From NCBI GenBank assembly GCA_008632985.1, contig QPGO01000026.1, positions 673,727 to 693,726 on the forward strand: a stretch of DNA of 20,000 nucleotides, written 5' to 3'. This document shows positions 1 through 9,513 of this stretch, in pieces. The notes beneath the pieces are model-generated. The model ran no database searches and was not told the DNA's origin. It saw nothing but the letters and a program-made list of their open reading frames with translations. Origin of the DNA: Psammoneis japonica. Taxonomy: Eukaryota. Numbering within the stretch: position 1 is the first letter of the stretch; each line of letters starts with the position of its first letter. The position numbers were made by a program, and so were the translations under genes.

Positions 1-1
1 A

Positions 2-628
2 GAGTCATTGATTGACGGGTGGATGTCTCCGCGGATGCACCATGCATTGACTATCACTGCTGAAATTGAAAAGGACTTTCAAAATTCAGATGAAGGCATT
101 TTCTTCTATCCTGGTCGGCCTACCTCCATTTCCAAATGTGTGTTTGGAATGAGTCGACTTGCCTACATTCCCGCCGATGTTCTCCAGCAACATCCCGAAG
201 GACTTTATAAGAGTTTTGTCGACACGTGGCTCCATCTATGGGAGGTTATGATGCGCATCTTACGCAGTGGCAGGGTACCGACCGTAGATCGCATTCGACA
301 ACAGTTGGAATGCTTCTATATAAGGTTTGATGAGCGCAAGGTACGACACTACTTTAGCAAAGGTGGCAAGATTGAATATGCTGTAGATGCCTTAATTGGC
401 ATCACCCGAAATGTCGTCATGGACGGTGACGACGGATGGGAGTATGAAGAATTCCGGGAGGAGATTGAGTCTCACCCGGAGACTCCTATGGATAAGGATT
501 TTGATCTAGTGTGGTTCAAGTGCATAACACAAGGTGGTGGTGACTTAAACTCTCGTGGGCCATACGACGAGACTCGGAGGCTAGGGCAAAGCTGCCTCTT
601 CGACAATGACGATATGGCTGACTATTAG
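2..628 (+). CDS. 3' part of a hypothetical protein, open at the window edge
   Basis: Frame open from base 2 to TAG at 626-628 (>206 codons) with protein-like composition (DGWMSPRM...GGKIEYAVDAL). No function recognised. Confidence 0.7.
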   Translation, partial: ESLIDGWMSPRMHHALTITAEIEKDFQNSDEGIFFYPGRPTSISKCVFGMSRLAYIPADVLQQHPEGLYKSFVDTWLHLWEVMMRILRSGRVPTVDRIRQQLECFYIRFDERKVRHYFSKGGKIEYAVDALIGITRNVVMDGDDGWEYEEFREEIESHPETPMDKDFDLVWFKCITQGGGDLNSRGPYDETRRLGQSCLFDNDDMADY

Positions 629-1110
629 TCAGAGTCAAATAGATAATTGGTATTAACTTATTTTGCGATGGAATTAAGGAGAGCCAAACGCCGCCTCTAG
701 AAACCAGGCGAAGGAACTCGACATGGCTCGTAACGCCAGGACGCACCGGTGCAGCCTTCGACTTGGATTGGTAACTACTGTTGTCTTGTGATTCTTTCTC
801 GTTTGAGGCCAACGGAAACTACTGGCCGAACTGTTTGTTTCGATGCTTCGGACCCTCTCGGACTACTCTCGAGAACAACTAGAATCTCGTTTCCTTTGCA
901 AGCAGCCTCACACGATGAAATCTACCACGACAACGAAAGAGGCGCGGGCGAGTATATTCGATTTTCTATTTGTCTTTGTGGAATTTTCACTGAAAGAGAC
1001 TGTTTACACAACATATGCAGTTTGACACACTAATTGGAAACAAAATTCTTACAATCAAGAATTGCAGTGCATAGTGCACGACTATATCAAACCAGCTATC
1101 TCCGGTCCCA

Positions 1111-2118
1111 CTACTTGTAGTCAACGTCCTTCTCTTGATCTTCATCGTCAAGAATGACGATACTATCTTGGGGAATGATCACGACGTGTTCCTCTTCATC
1201 TTCTGTTGGAGCACTTGCGGGTACAGAAGATGGAATCGAGTCCTCGGGATGGATCGCATCCGCGCCATTATGATGTTCAGTAATGCAACACTCCCGAACC
1301 ATCACCACGTTCACAGTATCCTCAACCTCTTCCTCATTGGCCATCATGGCTGCTGGACAACAGTTTGACCTTGGAGGATTCTTCCATTCCTGAAAGGGCA
1401 TTCGAAAGGCCCAACGAGTGTAGTGAGCCAAACGTCGCGTGTGTTGGTGCCACGCTTGACCCACGCCACAATCCAACGAAAAGAGGGCACAAATCATGGC
1501 ATTGATTACGGCCAAGAGTTCAACAAGCAAGACATTGACCCAGAGCAAAAGGATGTCTGTCCATAAAAACACTTGAAGCATAATCCAAAAAACGGATAGA
1601 GGAAGAAAGGTCAGAACGTTGAGCTTGCAGCAGTGACAAATCTTGTGGAAACCAACCGCCATGAGATAGAGCGGAGCAGAGATTGTCTCGAGTATGAATG
1701 CGCACAGGACGGCAATGAGAGCAATGGTAAAACCAAAGACACAAGCAAACAAACCACCGTGTTTTCTTTTTGGAGTCTCGGTTGGAGCGGCCGTGTTTGA
1801 TGCTTGTTCCGCTTCAGACGACTCTCCGTTATTATTAGCCACGGGTACACCCGTTACGTGGTGCGTCGTAGTAGCTCTTCCTTCTTCATAGACAGTTTTC
1901 CACGGGTTGTCTGGAGTAAAGAAACGAGGATCAATAGTAACATGGGCGTTTTCAGGATGGAGTGTAGCGATCCAGGATACATAAGATGAGTTTGGATTCA
2001 ACGCCAAATGTGCATCGAGATGACTGCGGATCATACGGGTACTTTCCTGCCGAGACGCAGCAGCAGTCGCTTCTGCATCTTCGTCGCTTGCGGAAGAAGC
2101 ATTTTCCTTATTCCTCAT
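1111..2118 (-). CDS. Hypothetical multi-pass membrane protein (start uncertain; an upstream exon is possible)
   Basis: Long ORF with first ATG at 2118. N-terminal globular motif YVSWIATLHPEN...IDPRF, several hydrophobic segments (GLFACVFGFTIALIAVLCAFIL, LTFLPLSVFWIMLQVFLW, ILLLWVNVLLVELLAVINAMICALF) and an acidic tail. Confidence 0.75.
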   Translation of the reverse strand: MRNKENASSASDEDAEATAAASRQESTRMIRSHLDAHLALNPNSSYVSWIATLHPENAHVTIDPRFFTPDNPWKTVYEEGRATTTHHVTGVPVANNNGESSEAEQASNTAAPTETPKRKHGGLFACVFGFTIALIAVLCAFILETISAPLYLMAVGFHKICHCCKLNVLTFLPLSVFWIMLQVFLWTDILLLWVNVLLVELLAVINAMICALFSLDCGVGQAWHQHTRRLAHYTRWAFRMPFQEWKNPPRSNCCPAAMMANEEEVEDTVNVVMVRECCITEHHNGADAIHPEDSIPSSVPASAPTEDEEEHVVIIPQDSIVILDDEDQEKDVDYK

Positions 2119-2483
2119 TGACACAAACCACAGTAGAAGGAAACAAAAGATGGTCTTGAAGTGTTTGTGAACTGCCAAGATGTGAATGATGATGTGAAGA
2201 AAAAAATGAGGCAATCTCGCCTTCGCACGACTCAACTATCACAAGTGGGTCCTTGTTCTGCGGTCTCAAGTCACAGAAAAAAAATAGAGCAACCCAACCA
2301 ACCAACGAAATCCCAAAAAAGTACCAACATGAAATGAAAATCTCCTGCATCTGCAACATTAGAACCCGATTCTTATTTACACAATGCAAACGCAGCGGAT
2401 TGTAAGGATGTGTGGGTCGTAGAGCCTACAATGTCGACGTCAAGAACCTGGTCGAGTGGCTTGAACCGCAATCCGCGCCTTCT

Positions 2484-2565
2484 TTTCGCGCGCAAATGCT
2501 TCGCTCGCTCCGATTCCCGCGCAAAAGTCTGTCGTCGCGCGTCAAAGATCTTTCAATCTCCCGCC
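2484..2565. promoter_or_regulatory. CpG-rich cluster of E2F-like motifs in a divergent promoter
   Basis: TTTCGCGC 2484-2491, ATTCCCGC 2513-2520 and TCTCCCGCC 2557-2565 resemble the WTTSSCSS E2F consensus. They lie between divergently oriented genes. Confidence 0.3.
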
Positions 2566-2960
2566 CCTGCTTCCGAGGAGCGACCAGTTGGGAGTGAGAG
2601 CGACGTGCGACCCACGACCCACCCACACTCTGGGGGACGTCTTCGGAAGTGAGACTGTCGAAGAAAGTTACGTAGAATTTGTACTAAAACAGTCTGTCAA
2701 TCAGTGCGATTGGGTATTTGGGACCTCTGGACAGATCCTACGTGTTTTCTTGCGCGTACAAAATGTACTGGAAAAACCCCCAAACGCACTGGCGATCAGA
2801 CCGCCATCGACGATCTCACTTCCAAAGACGCCCCCCAACTCCACACTACACATCAACGCAACGCTTCACAAGAAAAGGTTGCAGCGTGTGCTAAATTGAT
2901 TGTGTTTGTTGCCTTCTTATATTCTTGAAACCAATTGTATTTATACATATTATTCACAAT

Positions 2961-4967
2961 ATGTCATCGTTGGCTACAATCAATGTTGACTGGTCTTCCG
3001 ATACCGCCTTGATGACAACGTTGATTCCAAAGTCTTCGGCAACGGTTGCCGATTGGATTTTGGAAATCATAGAGCGAGGAGGTTTAGCAACGTGGTGGTA
3101 TTTTCCCCATTTACCACAAGGAGACAAAATTGTTGATTTTTGGTGCAATTTTCGACAGGGAATACGAATGAACATTATAATGGAACCACAACGACGTGAA
3201 CAACAACAGCGCGTGGCTCATTATCGTTATTTTGTTCGAGCCTATCACAAAGTGGGAAGCCACGAAACGTTTTGGGATCCCTTTTGTTGTATAGCCGATT
3301 TGTTACCACCGGGTCAACAATATCATGTTTCGTTGTGGTTGGAGCCTGTCGAGTATTGGGTGTATGATTATGAACGCAGAAACGACAATGATCCCATCAA
3401 TTGCGATGATCCAACACCGCCTCTTTCCACAACCATGACGTTGGCATATGAACCACCAAGAAGAGGAGCTGTAGAGGGGTGGGTGGTTCAAGACGCAGCA
3501 GCAGATAACAATGAAGACAACAGTGATGCATCTGCAGCAGCATCGTCGTCCTCGAATTCATCTTCAGGCTCCTCGACGAGTCACATGGACACAGAAGAGG
3601 AATTGAACAATGCCTATCACAAGGAGGCATCGCCACCAACCGAAGAAGAAGCAGGAAAAGACAGTATCCTGCAGGCGGCCAAAGTGGCTAGCTTGGCTTC
3701 AACTGCCAACAAGGAACAGGCGACTACTACAGCTGCTGCTGCAATTGCCTCGGAAAAGATAGACACTGCAACGTCTTCCGCTCTGGCCAGTCCTGATGAA
3801 AAGGCGAATGAGGCTACCGCAAAGGCAAATGGGCCCGAGACAGCAGCTAATGGCAGCGGAACAGAAGAGACGGAACCCACTGTGAAAGAGACAGAGGAAA
3901 CAAAAGACGACACCAACGAAGAAGCTAATGAGGAATCAAGTGTTGTGAATGGCGCGATAAAAGGGATGGGGACAAGTGTTGAAGATAAAGAGGAAAACGC
4001 AAAAGAAGCAAAGAACGATTCAACTGCTAACAAAGAGGACGGACCTAGCAACCATGAGGAATCAAAAGCTAAAACAGACATGGCCGACGAAAATGAAGAC
4101 GAGGATGATTCGAGCTCAACTACAAGTAGTAGTAGCAGTAGTAGCAGCAGCAGCTCGAGTTCGTCATCATCTTCCTCTTCGAGTTCAAGCGAAAGTTCTT
4201 CTTCGTCATCCAAGCCAGACGAAGAACATGCTCCAGTACCAGTCACGCAAGAAGATCCGCCAGAGGAAATAGAGCCTGATTCGCCAGAACAGAAAACAAA
4301 CGACGTGATCCCGGATTCACCAAACGACAAGAAGGAGCCTGGCAAAGACAAAGACAACGTGATCCCGGATTCACCAAGCGACAAGAAGGAGCGTGACAAA
4401 GGAAAAGGTGACATTGATCCAGACCAAGACAGCGTAGTGGATCGTGTACCCGACAATGACGAGCAAAAGGGTGTCGTTTCACCAGAGGCACAGAAAGAAG
4501 AGGGATCCAAGAAGGAGGAAGAGGATTTGTCGAGTACGAGCTCATCATCGTCTTCTTCTAGTAGCTCCGCCTCCTCGTCGTCATCATCATCTTCTTCTTC
4601 TACATCATCATCATCATCCGATTCTAGTAGCACTAAAGAAAAGCAAGGAGAAGAGACACAATCTAAAACTACCAAATCAATGGAGCCAGAGGCACAAGCC
4701 AAAGAGGAGCAAGAAAAAGGGAAACAAACTACAGCCACCAGCAAAAAGGAGCAAGAGGTACAGATTGCCAAGCAAGAAGAAAAACAAACCGAGAAAGTAA
4801 ACGAAGAGAACCATGATGCCTTGAAACCGGAGAATGGGACTTCCAATGACACGAGCTCGCAGCAAGAGACTCCTGCAGCGGCGAGTCCAACTGCCGGCGT
4901 GAGGCGTTCCTCTCGTCGCAGGAAACCATTGTTGGATCCAAATTTCAAGTTTGGAAAGAAAATGTAA
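2961..4967 (+). CDS. Acidic, Ser-rich, largely disordered protein with an aromatic N-terminal domain and a basic C-terminal RRSSRRRK motif
   Basis: 668-codon ORF from ATG 2961. Three poly-Ser tracts, Glu/Lys/Asp-rich linker, C-terminal NLS-like RRSSRRRKP. No signal peptide. Confidence 0.8.
   Translation: MSSLATINVDWSSDTALMTTLIPKSSATVADWILEIIERGGLATWWYFPHLPQGDKIVDFWCNFRQGIRMNIIMEPQRREQQQRVAHYRYFVRAYHKVGSHETFWDPFCCIADLLPPGQQYHVSLWLEPVEYWVYDYERRNDNDPINCDDPTPPLSTTMTLAYEPPRRGAVEGWVVQDAAADNNEDNSDASAAASSSSNSSSGSSTSHMDTEEELNNAYHKEASPPTEEEAGKDSILQAAKVASLASTANKEQATTTAAAAIASEKIDTATSSALASPDEKANEATAKANGPETAANGSGTEETEPTVKETEETKDDTNEEANEESSVVNGAIKGMGTSVEDKEENAKEAKNDSTANKEDGPSNHEESKAKTDMADENEDEDDSSSTTSSSSSSSSSSSSSSSSSSSSSSESSSSSSKPDEEHAPVPVTQEDPPEEIEPDSPEQKTNDVIPDSPNDKKEPGKDKDNVIPDSPSDKKERDKGKGDIDPDQDSVVDRVPDNDEQKGVVSPEAQKEEGSKKEEEDLSSTSSSSSSSSSSASSSSSSSSSSTSSSSSDSSSTKEKQGEETQSKTTKSMEPEAQAKEEQEKGKQTTATSKKEQEVQIAKQEEKQTEKVNEENHDALKPENGTSNDTSSQQETPAAASPTAGVRRSSRRRKPLLDPNFKFGKKM
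4303..4410 (+). repeat. In-frame 54-bp tandem duplication (VIPDSPxDKKE x2)
   Basis: acgtgatcccggattcaccaa.cgacaagaaggagc starts at both 4303 and 4357. Confidence 0.9.
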
Positions 4968-5087
4968 TTTATTTCATCAAAGAAGTTCTAGCTAGAGGAG
5001 GGATGACTTTCAATACGTTCTACTTTTATTTACACTTGTCACAATGAAGCGATTGGATTCTACAAGTACGCGACGGCAAAACTGAAC

Positions 5088-5110
5088 GGGGGGGGGGGGG
5101 GGGGGGNNNN
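5088..5110. other. G19 run ending in an assembly gap (nnnn 5107-5110)
   Basis: Seen directly. Contiguity across this point is not guaranteed. Confidence 0.95.
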
Positions 5111-5713
5111 ACGCAAAGTTTACCAAGGGTATTGGGAGTACCTTGCTGGAGTGTGAATGACTATCCATGCTAAATGCTCATTTCAGCTACAATGATGAAC
5201 AAGGATATCCTTATATTGGGATGCAGAAGAAGCACGTGAGAGGACTCAAAAAGCTAGCAGCAAAGATTGAAGGAGTCATGTGAATTGTTCAGAAGTTCGC
5301 CTCTTTGGGGGCAGCGACGACTTTTGCAAGCGTCCTTTGAATCCTGTATTGCCAGATTCACTACGTACATTTGCCCCGCGCGAAACTCATCTTTGAAAGA
5401 ACTACGGCGAGCTGAACCGGGACAAGTTCAGTTCCTTGCTAGAGTGCCTAAGGACAATATCGGGAACATGGAACGATGACATGAGCGTTTCATGTCTCGT
5501 TCGCTTGTTAGTTCAATAAGTGCCTTTGAAAACTCTCAACGCCAGCGCTGCTCACAGCCGTGATGGAATCCTGATTCTCGTCCTCGCTGCCGTCGTTTGA
5601 GGATACCGACAAGTTGGTGTTAGTGTCTTTTTGACTTTTCTAAACTAGGCACGAGGAGAAGTAAATAAGCTGCTTATAGAAGTAGTATATAGTGAACCAA
5701 GTATGTGCCCAAC

Positions 5714-8173
5714 TCACTTCAGTCGTCTCGTCCGATCATCCATGTCTCGATCTCGTTTCTGCCGGTCACTGTAGTCCAAGCCATGGAATCCACCCCCGAC
5801 TCGATCTCGGTTTTCCCAGTCAACGCCACTTAGAAATTCTTTTATACTTTCAATAACTTCGTGTAAAGTCATTTCAGTTACACCATACTTCCTTCCCAAA
5901 AATCCTTTCATGTTTGCTCTTGCCAGATCATCATTATACCTCTGCACAAATTCATCCTGAGACTGAGCTGTTTGTCCTTCATTTCTCAGTGCGCAAAAGC
6001 ACTCGTCGTGGCCGTCATAAATGTGGCGAAAATCAAACGTAACATCGCCAGCATCAGTTAAAACACGGAGCTTCCTGTCAGAAGCGTCATTGAAGAGACG
6101 GGCATTTTCCCCGCACCCCCTACACCTACCCTTGACTCTAAACCGAAGGCTCCTCTTCTTTTGCTGCTTTGTTACAATATTCAAATCTCTGTGTCTTAGC
6201 ATTGGCTGCTCTTCGTCTTGGACACTCACTTCCGTAATGTAGCGGAACTCTGGGTCGCAGTAGGACCTGCATGGACGTGATAGTGAAAGCGGTTAGTGTG
6301 AGATGTTTGAATGCGGTGTTTGACGAAAAATATTCCTGGACTTACGTTGCGGCAGAGTTGTATTCGTTCAAGAAACTGTCACCGAGATAGCCAAAGTCTT
6401 TCTCCAAGGGATCACCCGTGAAATCCAAGTCATAGTCACTTTCAAACACATCTTGTTGCCAATCGCAGTTAACCACCCCATATTCTATGACAGTGTTCAC
6501 CGATTTCAAATTCGATAAGCTTCCATGGGCCTCAGTCTCGAAGAGCGCTTCTTGGAAAGCATCTCTGAATTCTGCCTCCATGGGTGCGCGATTTTCGGTA
6601 AGGCCTCCAGCGCACTCGCAGGTTGTTGGCGTCTTGTCCGCCAACACAGAAAGGACCTTCTCCTCGTTTCTACGATTGCCGGCGTCAAAGAGATGTGTGT
6701 CTTCTGTGCAGCCAATACCTTCGCAACTTCCAGTGACTCTATACAGAAAGTTTCGTGAGGTGAGTTTGTGGCCTTCCATGTGTTTCAAGATGTGGTCCGT
6801 CTCTACCACCGTGACTCTCTCCACAACCCGTTTCGAATCCATGTCGCAAACATGCTCTTCTTGACTGGGGGCATTAAGAGCATTGTACGTGTCACGAAAT
6901 GCGCTTTCAAGGATTGGAAATATCTCTTCATTGCTCTCGTCGGGATCGTGCAGCGTGTGTTCCACAAGGGCGTACGTTTCAAAGGTTCCCGAACGTTTGC
7001 AGGACGAAAGACCTTTGACATGCCCCCCTACTGACTTTTTTGTGGTAGTCTGTGCCTTAAGACCTCCCTCCGACTTGTTTGTCGTAGCTCGTATCGGGAA
7101 TGGAGTTGGTTCAGCCGTTTCTCTTGTGGTTGGCTCGGGCGTCGGCTCCTGAGTTGAGGGTATCGTTGGCGGTGGTGTTGGCGAAGGCGTGGGATTCTGG
7201 GTGAGAGCACGTGCCGTGGCACCACCGCCTGTCTCACCGTTCTGGTCTATGCCTTCGGTTTCTAATTCCTTCGTCAGCGGGCTTCTTGATGGGGAAGAAT
7301 TAGAAGCTGCGACTTGCTTCTGAGGGTTTGGAGCTTTACACCGTCTCTTCACCATGAACTTCCCACCAACGACGTTCCCTTGACAAGAGATCTTCCTTTT
7401 GCGCCATCGTTATTCTTGAGTTTCATTTTCTTACCTGAATCATTGTCTTGAAAAACTAACGTTGAGTTGTACGCATTCCCACTAAACACGATTGAGTCAG
7501 TTGCGACGTTGCCAACAATATCAATGGCGTGGAACTTGTTTCCTTCGATGGCAATCCTCTTGGCGTTGGAGTTCATACTGATGAAAGCTTTCTTGGAGCC
7601 CGTCACAGTATTCTTTGATACGATCAATGACTTTCCTTTCTTCAACATGTTGTTGACTATCTTGAGAGTGTGAACAGAATTCTTATCAACTGTGATAGTG
7701 TCTGCTAGGACTCCTTGGATCTCGACACTGGAACTGGATCCGGAACTTTCGTAGACTTTAAGATTTCCGCCTATATGAACGTAGCATCCCTCTGCTGAAA
7801 TGGAAACCTGGCTCGTTCTTTTTGCCTTGATACCCGTCTTGAACATTGGACAAACATTTTCTTCAGATGAAACAACCAAACTGCTCCTACGTTTTAAAGT
7901 GATCTCTCCTTCAAAGGTGACTTGTCCAGTGATGATGAGTGTCGCTCCCCTATTCACTTGGACTTTATCATAAATCGTGACTGGAGACGATCCCTTGATC
8001 CCTCCGTAAATTGTGCATGTCGCACCATTTGGTACGTTGACCTCGTCGCGTTCAAGACCTCCATGTCCGTTTATCTCTCCAGGCGCCTTTGATGTGCCAC
8101 ACAAGAACTCACCCCTTGCAAATGGGGCACTCAACGCTAGCGTCCAAGAAACAAAGCAACGCATAGTCCTCAT
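5714..8173 (-). CDS. Secreted modular protein: signal peptide, beta-solenoid-like N-domain, Pro/Thr linker, two Cys-containing modules. Three listed ORFs probably form one gene.
   Basis: Signal-like MRCFVSWTLALSAPFARG and repeated (I/V)xGN/NN rungs. PTPSPTPPPT linker. Module YN..CD..R..V..YRVTGSCEG.GC...LF is repeated as YN..CDPEFR..FRVKGRCRGC...LF. Intron 6345-6267 joins two ORFs in frame. The junction near 7375-7435 needs a -1 shift or a short intron. Confidence 0.7.
6267..6345 (-). other. 79-bp spliceosomal intron
   Basis: GTAAGT donor, CTAAC branch point, TGCAG acceptor. Splicing gives NSAAT-SYCDPEFRYITEVSVQ in frame. Confidence 0.9.
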
Positions 8174-8601
8174 TTTGGATCTTTTGGACTTGTTCTCAAA
8201 CCAAACATGACGAGAAAAAATGGGATGGACGTCGTGGTGAAAACCATACCACCCGGGGCTTAATTAAAAATCGTTTGTAGCAGGACATTCTAAGATATTA
8301 GAATGTCTATGAACAGTGTCTCGTCACTGGGCATAATTTTACGATCATGTGCGGGTGCCGTGTGACGAGGAAAAGATGAAGGAGGGCTTATGAGGCAAGC
8401 ATTGAATGACCTCACGTATTGCCCGAATCAACATTAGTCGTAGATTGATTCATTCGACTGAATTTGTCTATGATCATCTCCGTGACTCATTTTCGTGGAA
8501 CAATTTGAGGGTCACCCACATGATTTGTTCTTGCAACATGACCAGCATTTCATTTTTTCATCCGCCGTGTGCTTCTCGACCCACTTGGTCCAGCACGCAC
8601 C

Positions 8602-9442
8602 TGTTGGAACATTGGGGTTAGAGGCAGTTTTCACAGGACAGACACAGACAAAGACACACTGAGCGACGATTGTGGCGGGCAATGTGGCAAGTCGATCTTG
8701 TCAGATGCAAACGAAAAGGCAGCCAAGGCTTGGAAGCAGCTGGCGCTCATTCATCAAGATGAGGTGGAAGCACTTTTTTTAAGATTGTTGGCACAATTGG
8801 TTTGCAAGCTCAGTTGAAACAGGAGTGGAAACACACGTCCTGTGGCAGGATCATCCCGGACGGAAGAAATCACCAAAAAAGAAGATGGACCCAGCAAGGA
8901 TGCCAATGACGCCTGGAACAAAAAAAAGGAACAAGCCATTGGTGGCGATGCCAGTGGAAGGTGCCAAGGAACACACTGGCAAGTCTTGAAAGACCTGCAT
9001 CAGCGGCTCACATTGGGGGTTGACACTCACCCCAATCCAGCTGAAAAGGCACCATGGGTGTTGGACACACCTGCTGCAGGACCAACAAGAAACCGGGTGG
9101 CACAAGTTTTGCATGGAGTGAGATGAAGCAGATTGAGTGCTGGCAATGCAACAAGTTTGTTGGGCATGTGAGAAGGAGGGTTGCCCTGACAATGATCGTT
9201 CACTGTCAGCAGAGTTGGATGATGTGGGCCATTGGAATTGGCAGAACAGCCAACATGTTGTTGGGTTGCATGGTTTCCAAGTGTCATCCACCCATGCTTG
9301 ATGGGCATGAGGTTGACCAGTTGACATGGCTTGTGTGAAGAAGTGTGTTGGAGCATCAAGGTCAGAGTCAGTTTTTGCAAGACAGACAGACAAAGTCACA
9401 GTGTGATGCACACTGGCGACAATTTTGGACAATGTGGCAAGT
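8602..9442 (+). repeat. Diverged direct repeat, 8602-8692 vs 9346-9442
   Basis: 34 of the first 43 columns are identical and 8 of the 9 mismatches are transitions. Both copies end caatgtggcaagt. Confidence 0.85.
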
Positions 9443-9513
9443 TTGTGTTTGCAACTTGGTTTGAGTTGCAGGTCTTGTTGTGTTCACTTTTTAGCTTCTG
9501 CACCTGGCCAACA
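8602..9513 (+). mobile_element. Degenerate LTR-retrotransposon remnant (partial LTR, gag zinc-knuckle relic, LTR)
   Basis: Two diverged copies start TGTTGGA (8602, 9346). The second ends CCAACA at 9513 (TG...CA, 168 bp). A frameshifted CCHC-like CWQCNKFVGHVRR..CPD lies at 9138-9190. No TSD found. Confidence 0.5.

Noticed and set aside
3617..4948. 443-aa minus-strand ORF
   Set aside because: Antisense shadow of the low-complexity plus-strand gene (poly-Ser read as poly-Leu/Asp/Glu).
2961..4967. Silaffin/silacidin-like biosilica protein
   Set aside because: No signal peptide and no regular KxxK or RxL repeat organisation. The C-terminus looks nuclear.
5088..5110. Poly-G as a G-quadruplex or telomere-like element
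   Set aside because: It abuts an assembly gap, so its length and reality are unreliable.
5111..5479. Possible gene fragment after the gap
   Set aside because: Only short ORFs without recognisable motifs, and no consistent exon model could be built.
8602..9442. DGR-like template/variable repeat pair or CRISPR-like array
   Set aside because: Only two copies, with reciprocal transitions and indels rather than one-directional A->N changes. No DGR RT or cas genes, and the context is eukaryotic.
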